From Antechinus flavipes (taxonomy: Eukaryota), in NCBI RefSeq assembly GCF_016432865.1, contig NC_067403.1:252402001-252466000 (forward strand): a stretch of DNA of 64,000 nucleotides, written 5' to 3'. The notes under the pieces are model-generated. The model was not told the origin of the DNA. It did not search any database and was given only the letters and a program-made list of their open reading frames with translations. Positions 59,701 to 64,000 of this stretch are shown piece by piece (position 1 is the stretch's first letter; each line of letters begins with the position of its first letter). The translations under genes were made by a program, and so were the position numbers.

Positions 59701-62181
59701 AAGACACAGGGGAGGGGGGAGTGGCGTCCAGTATAGGAAGAGGTATTTTTTTGGCCTTGGCAAGAAGGATGTCTTGGGGGAAGGAGGAAAACATGATCAT
59801 GAGATGGAGAGAATGTGACAGCAGGGAGCTCCCTCAGAATGGCCTCAAAAAAATTTTTTTTTCAGTAAAGCAGGAAGCAGGGTCCTAAATTTGCAAGTGT
59901 AATTGAGACCTGGCAAGTGCCCAAACCACCTGAAGTGGTGATGTTCTGACTGAAGAGACTCAGATCCTGCTTTTGAATAATTATGATCACCCTTATAGGA
60001 AAGTACTTTGGAATGACCAGAGCGGGCATGAATGTCCTGTAACAGGTTCCAGTTGATCAGCCAACATGATTGGAGGGAGACTTGTTTTACAGGTTTTGAC
60101 TCTAGAAAAGACTGTGTCTTCAAAAACTCCCGACTCAGTATGTTGGCTCATTATTGTTTCATTCCTGGAGGGACTCTGTGACCCTCATCAAGAATGATTT
60201 CAGGGGGTAAAAGAAAGGGTCAAAAAGCCTCCTACCTACCCTCTCCTCTGGCTTGTTCATTTCTGTTCTAAGGAAAGGGAGTAGAGCCTCTTATTTAGGT
60301 CAGAAATGAGAGTTATAGGAATCTAGGCATTGCATATTGAAATCTAGCCCAGAAGTTGTCCAGCTTGGTATCAGTGCCCCAAGGAGGGACCTTGGAGACT
60401 CGGCTCAACAGGACATGATCTTGGTACGGCTCATACTGTGAAGTCACTTGAATGAAGCTCAGACGGCCCTACTAGACATTATGGAAGAGAAGAGGGAGGG
60501 AGAGTGGATAGTACACCACTGGATGGTGGGGATATGTTTATCAATGTTTGCTCTTGCTATATTTTCAAAGTAAATCGCCCTTTACAAAGCTGATGGAGGT
60601 TAACTGGTTAAACAACTGGGATGTTGTTCACTAGCCCTTAAAATGTGGGAAACACTGCTGGTGGGACTCCTGTTGCTGGCAAAGAAAATAGATATTACCA
60701 ATCCCCTGAGGTTAGAGAGAAATGTATCTTTCCGACTCCAGAAGGTCAAAATGTATACATTACTACAAAATTGCTACATCTTTAATCCATTCATTGTGAT
60801 CTCTCACCCTTTTCTTTTTGCTCAACTCCTTTAATTGTCTAGACTTGAATAATAATCAAGGTTACTGGCTGTAAAATTTATTAGAGGAGCAATAAAAACA
60901 AATATGTAAAGAATAATTTGTACTAAGTCAGCTGTGGGAAAGCACACAAAGTTCTCTTTAACTATAACTCTAAGCGCCGTCTTAGGTCCGGGAACAAAAT
61001 TTCACTCTTGCCTCCCTATCTGCCTTTAAGATTCAGCTCAACCACTTCTTACTTGAGACCCTTTTTAATGGTTAGTGTCCTTTCTCTCTCTTTCCTATCC
61101 CCCAACTTTTATTTACAATATGCTTATGGTATTTACTTTCTGTTTACCTGAATCCCCAGTTATTGCAGGTAGAATCTAAGCTCCTTGAGAACAAGGCCTT
61201 CCCATTGTAGCAAATACCTCATAAATGCTTGTTTTTAAGGAAGCACAGATTTCCTTGGAAGATGTAATTTTTTTAAATTAAATTTTTATTTTTTTAAAGT
61301 CACTAAAACTCGGACTCCTGCCCCTCGAAATCCCTCCATCTTCCCCCTCAGTTCTCATAAGAAATAAGACCTTACTCCTTTTCTCCCTGCCCTGGCTTCA
61401 GCCATCACCGGATCCAGTAACTCCAGAATCACATTCAAACTCTGTCTCCTCATCCAATGGCAAACTGTCACTCCAAGATTCCATCACTTCTGCATGTCGC
61501 AGTAACATTAGCTATCATAATGTCTCTTGAAGAAAGTATTGAAATTGGTTCTGCACCTGGGAATAAAGCAGATAAGGAAAGACACCCCCCTTCTCTCTAC
61601 AGAGAGACCATTCTGTGGCTGTGGAATATGGCTCTATAGGGAAAGAACCTCAGCGTGAGGATCAGCTGTACTTCGAGGTCTATTTTGAGGTGGATGTTGG
61701 AAAGTGTAAAGACAAGGAGCACCAACCAGTTTTTTTTTGTTTGTTTGTTTTAAGGCTGTAAGCTCCTGGAGGACAGGGGCAACACTGTTTTTCTCTGGCT
61801 GGCTGGCTCTTACTAAGTACTCAATAAATGCCAACTGATTGGCCCATTGTCTGTTTTATCTTTGTGCCCCCCCCCCAATTCCGGGGCCTTCACAGAGACC
61901 CCTTTTTATAAGACACATCTAATTATGCAATAATTGGATCTACATGTTCCTAAAAACCACCCCCTTCCCCCTATGCAAAACGGAGCCATAAAAGCCACAG
62001 GACCTATGGGGGAAAGGGAGTTAGGGTACCACACTCAAAGACTTTGTAGATAACACATTTAAAAAAATAGACACAATTTTAAAAAGGGTGGCACAGTTTT
62101 ATACATGTTAAATGGCACTTCACCTTGAAAGAGACCTGAAGTTTGCTGGCTGAAGTGGGTTCCATCCGAAGGGCCTGCGAG

Positions 62182-63927
62182 CTACTGTGGAGTGACAGAC
62201 CGAGGGGTGTCCAAAGCCAGGTGAGAAGCTGCACTCCCAGATGTGCTCGGGCCATTGATTTCTCGTCTCTTAAGATACACATAGGATTTCTGCTGCTTTG
62301 CCAGCCTCCTCCTCTCGTACTGAAGGTGCCGGTAGGGTTCCAAATTGGTCCGGATGCCACGAGCCACTATTCTGCTGCGTTCAGCGTTGTAATCGTTGTC
62401 CTCCAGCCACTGCAGCTGCTTTTCTATCACCCCTAAAACGTCAGACAACTGGACCGTGTCCAGCTGCCTGGGAGCAGCCTTCGGGCTGTCTTCCTCATCC
62501 TCGTCCTCTGCCTCAGCCTGCCCTTCGGCAGCCAGCTGTCGCATGTCCTCAGAGGAGAGGCGATCAGGGGGCGCCTCTAGAAGCTCGTCTACGTCTTTCT
62601 TCTTGACCCCCTCAAATCCAACTTGCTTCGCCAGATCCACGCAACTTGCCTTGATTTTTTTTAATTGCTCCGAAGGTTCGAATCCTTTAAAGTCGTGAAT
62701 CAAGTCGGGGAGCATCTTCTTCCACACACGGTGCAGACACTCTCTGGTGACATCGTTCCAGGCTTCAACGATGATGTCGATGGCCATTTTGATGTTAAAT
62801 CGCTTCCAGAACTCGATAACGGTCTCTGCATTCTCCCCTCCGGTGGCCGAGAGCAGCATCTTAAATGTTCGCCTCAGGTAGTAAGCCTTGAACAGGGCTA
62901 TCACCCCTTGACCCAGGGGCTGGATCAGGGAGGTGGTTTCAGGGGGCAGAAAGATGAATTTGACATTGGGATTGAGCTCAGCGATGGTCAGGGGATGGCT
63001 CGGTGCGTTATCGATAATTATGAGAATCTTAAAAGCCAAGTTCTTTTTCTTGCAATAATCCTCTAGAACGGGGAAGAATTCGGCAAAAATGTCGATGCAG
63101 ACTTGGGCCGTCATCCAGCCCTTCTTGCTGTAGCGGTAGTGAACCCCGAGGCTGGCCCTGACGATGCCCCTCAAGGCCTGAGGATTGGCCGAGCGGTACA
63201 CCACTACGGGCTTGAGCTTCAGGTCCCCGCTGGCGTTGGCGCCCAGTAGGACGGTCACCCGGTCCTTGGCCGCCTTCGGCCCGGGCCCGTGCTTCTCGGC
63301 CCTGGAGATGTAGGTGCGTCGCGGCATGCGCTTGTAGTAGAGGCCCGTCTCGTCGAAGTTAAAGATCTGGTCGAGCGTGTAGCCCTCCTCCTTGACCAGC
63401 TTCTGGATGAGCGCCGGCAGCTCCTTGGCCGCCTTGAGCTGCGCGCTGGCCGCCTCGCCCAGCAGCTGCAGGCTCTGGAAGTTGTAGCGATGCTTGAAGC
63501 CGCTGAACCAGCCGCAGCTCGCCCGGAACGGCGCCACCTCGCCGGGGTTGGACGACTTGCGCTTCAGGTCGGCATAAATGGACAGGGCCTTGCCCTTGGC
63601 GGTCAGGAACGTGGTGCCCGACCTCTTGCCCTCCATCCACAGGCTCAGCAGCCTCTCCATCTCCTCGATCTCCCTGGGCCGCCCCCGGATGGACTTGGCT
63701 GCGCTCGTGCCGGTGCCGGTCCGGGACGTCTCCTTGATCTTGACCGCGTTGTCGCGGATGGTGCGCAGCGTTGACTCCTTGAGGCCCGTGGCGCGGGAGA
63801 TGTCGCACGTCCTCTCGTTGCCCTCAAAGCGCTTGATGATGTCCAGCTTCTCCTTGATGCTCAGGGCTTTCCTCTTGCCGGCCCCTCCGCCGCCCCCGGG
63901 CAGCTTGGAGCCCGGGCGCTTGGACAT
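62182..63927 (-). CDS. Tigger/pogo transposase-derived protein (TIGD1-like), 581 aa, single coding exon
   Basis: Intact ORF: CENP-B/psq HTH (KRKALSIKEKLDIIKRF), Tc5 HTH (FRASCGWFSGFKHR), DDE_1 domain (QIFNFDETGLY, KDRVTVLLGANASGDLKLKP, IIIDNAPSH, TTSLIQPLGQGVI..FKAYY), acidic C-terminal tract. Confidence 0.9.
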   Translation of the reverse strand: MSKRPGSKLPGGGGGAGKRKALSIKEKLDIIKRFEGNERTCDISRATGLKESTLRTIRDNAVKIKETSRTGTGTSAAKSIRGRPREIEEMERLLSLWMEGKRSGTTFLTAKGKALSIYADLKRKSSNPGEVAPFRASCGWFSGFKHRYNFQSLQLLGEAASAQLKAAKELPALIQKLVKEEGYTLDQIFNFDETGLYYKRMPRRTYISRAEKHGPGPKAAKDRVTVLLGANASGDLKLKPVVVYRSANPQALRGIVRASLGVHYRYSKKGWMTAQVCIDIFAEFFPVLEDYCKKKNLAFKILIIIDNAPSHPLTIAELNPNVKFIFLPPETTSLIQPLGQGVIALFKAYYLRRTFKMLLSATGGENAETVIEFWKRFNIKMAIDIIVEAWNDVTRECLHRVWKKMLPDLIHDFKGFEPSEQLKKIKASCVDLAKQVGFEGVKKKDVDELLEAPPDRLSSEDMRQLAAEGQAEAEDEDEEDSPKAAPRQLDTVQLSDVLGVIEKQLQWLEDNDYNAERSRIVARGIRTNLEPYRHLQYERRRLAKQQKSYVYLKRREINGPSTSGSAASHLALDTPRSVTPQ

Positions 63928-64000
63928 GTCCGGGCCGGGGGCGAGCGCCGGCCTTAAGCAGGGACACGGTAGCGATGGGCGGCGCCGCCGGGGCAGGGGC

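Noticed and set aside
59850-61000. Possible ERV/LTR-derived internal sequence
   Set aside because: Impression only; no diagnostic gag/pol/env motif, PBS or LTR pair. Needs RepeatMasker.
54520-62100. Search for TMEM109 exons expected from human synteny
   Set aside because: No recognisable TMEM109 coding sequence in the window; it may lie beyond 64000.
62665-63827. Antisense and alternative-frame ORFs over the TIGD-like gene
   Set aside because: Shadows of GC3-rich coding sequence.

Overview
Eukaryotic (mammalian) genomic DNA. The retroposon content (RTE LINEs, CORE-SINEs of MAR1/WSINE1 type, marsupial-type L1 3' ends) points to an Australian marsupial, probably a dasyurid; this is inference, not checked. 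The window holds the conserved block CCDC86(+, 4 exons), PTGDR2(-), ZP1(+, 12 exons) and PRPF19(-, 15 exons). Exon-intron structures were reconstructed by hand from splice signals and frame continuity. The window ends in an intact, single-exon 581-aa Tigger/pogo-family ORF (-) with a mutated catalytic triad and CpG-island-like 5' half, the best candidate for a lineage-specific domesticated transposase gene. Other leads: (i) the ZP1 exon 11/12 junction gives a stop codon before the transmembrane exon by every homologous splicing route; (ii) PRPF19 lacks one intron that the human gene has; (iii) the PTGDR2 N-terminus appears to come from an upstream exon; (iv) a hairpin-rich ~120-bp minisatellite follows a promoter-like element between ZP1 and PRPF19. 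Two assembly gaps (13109-13349, 16552-16848). Comparisons with human proteins and exon sizes are from memory; no database search was run.
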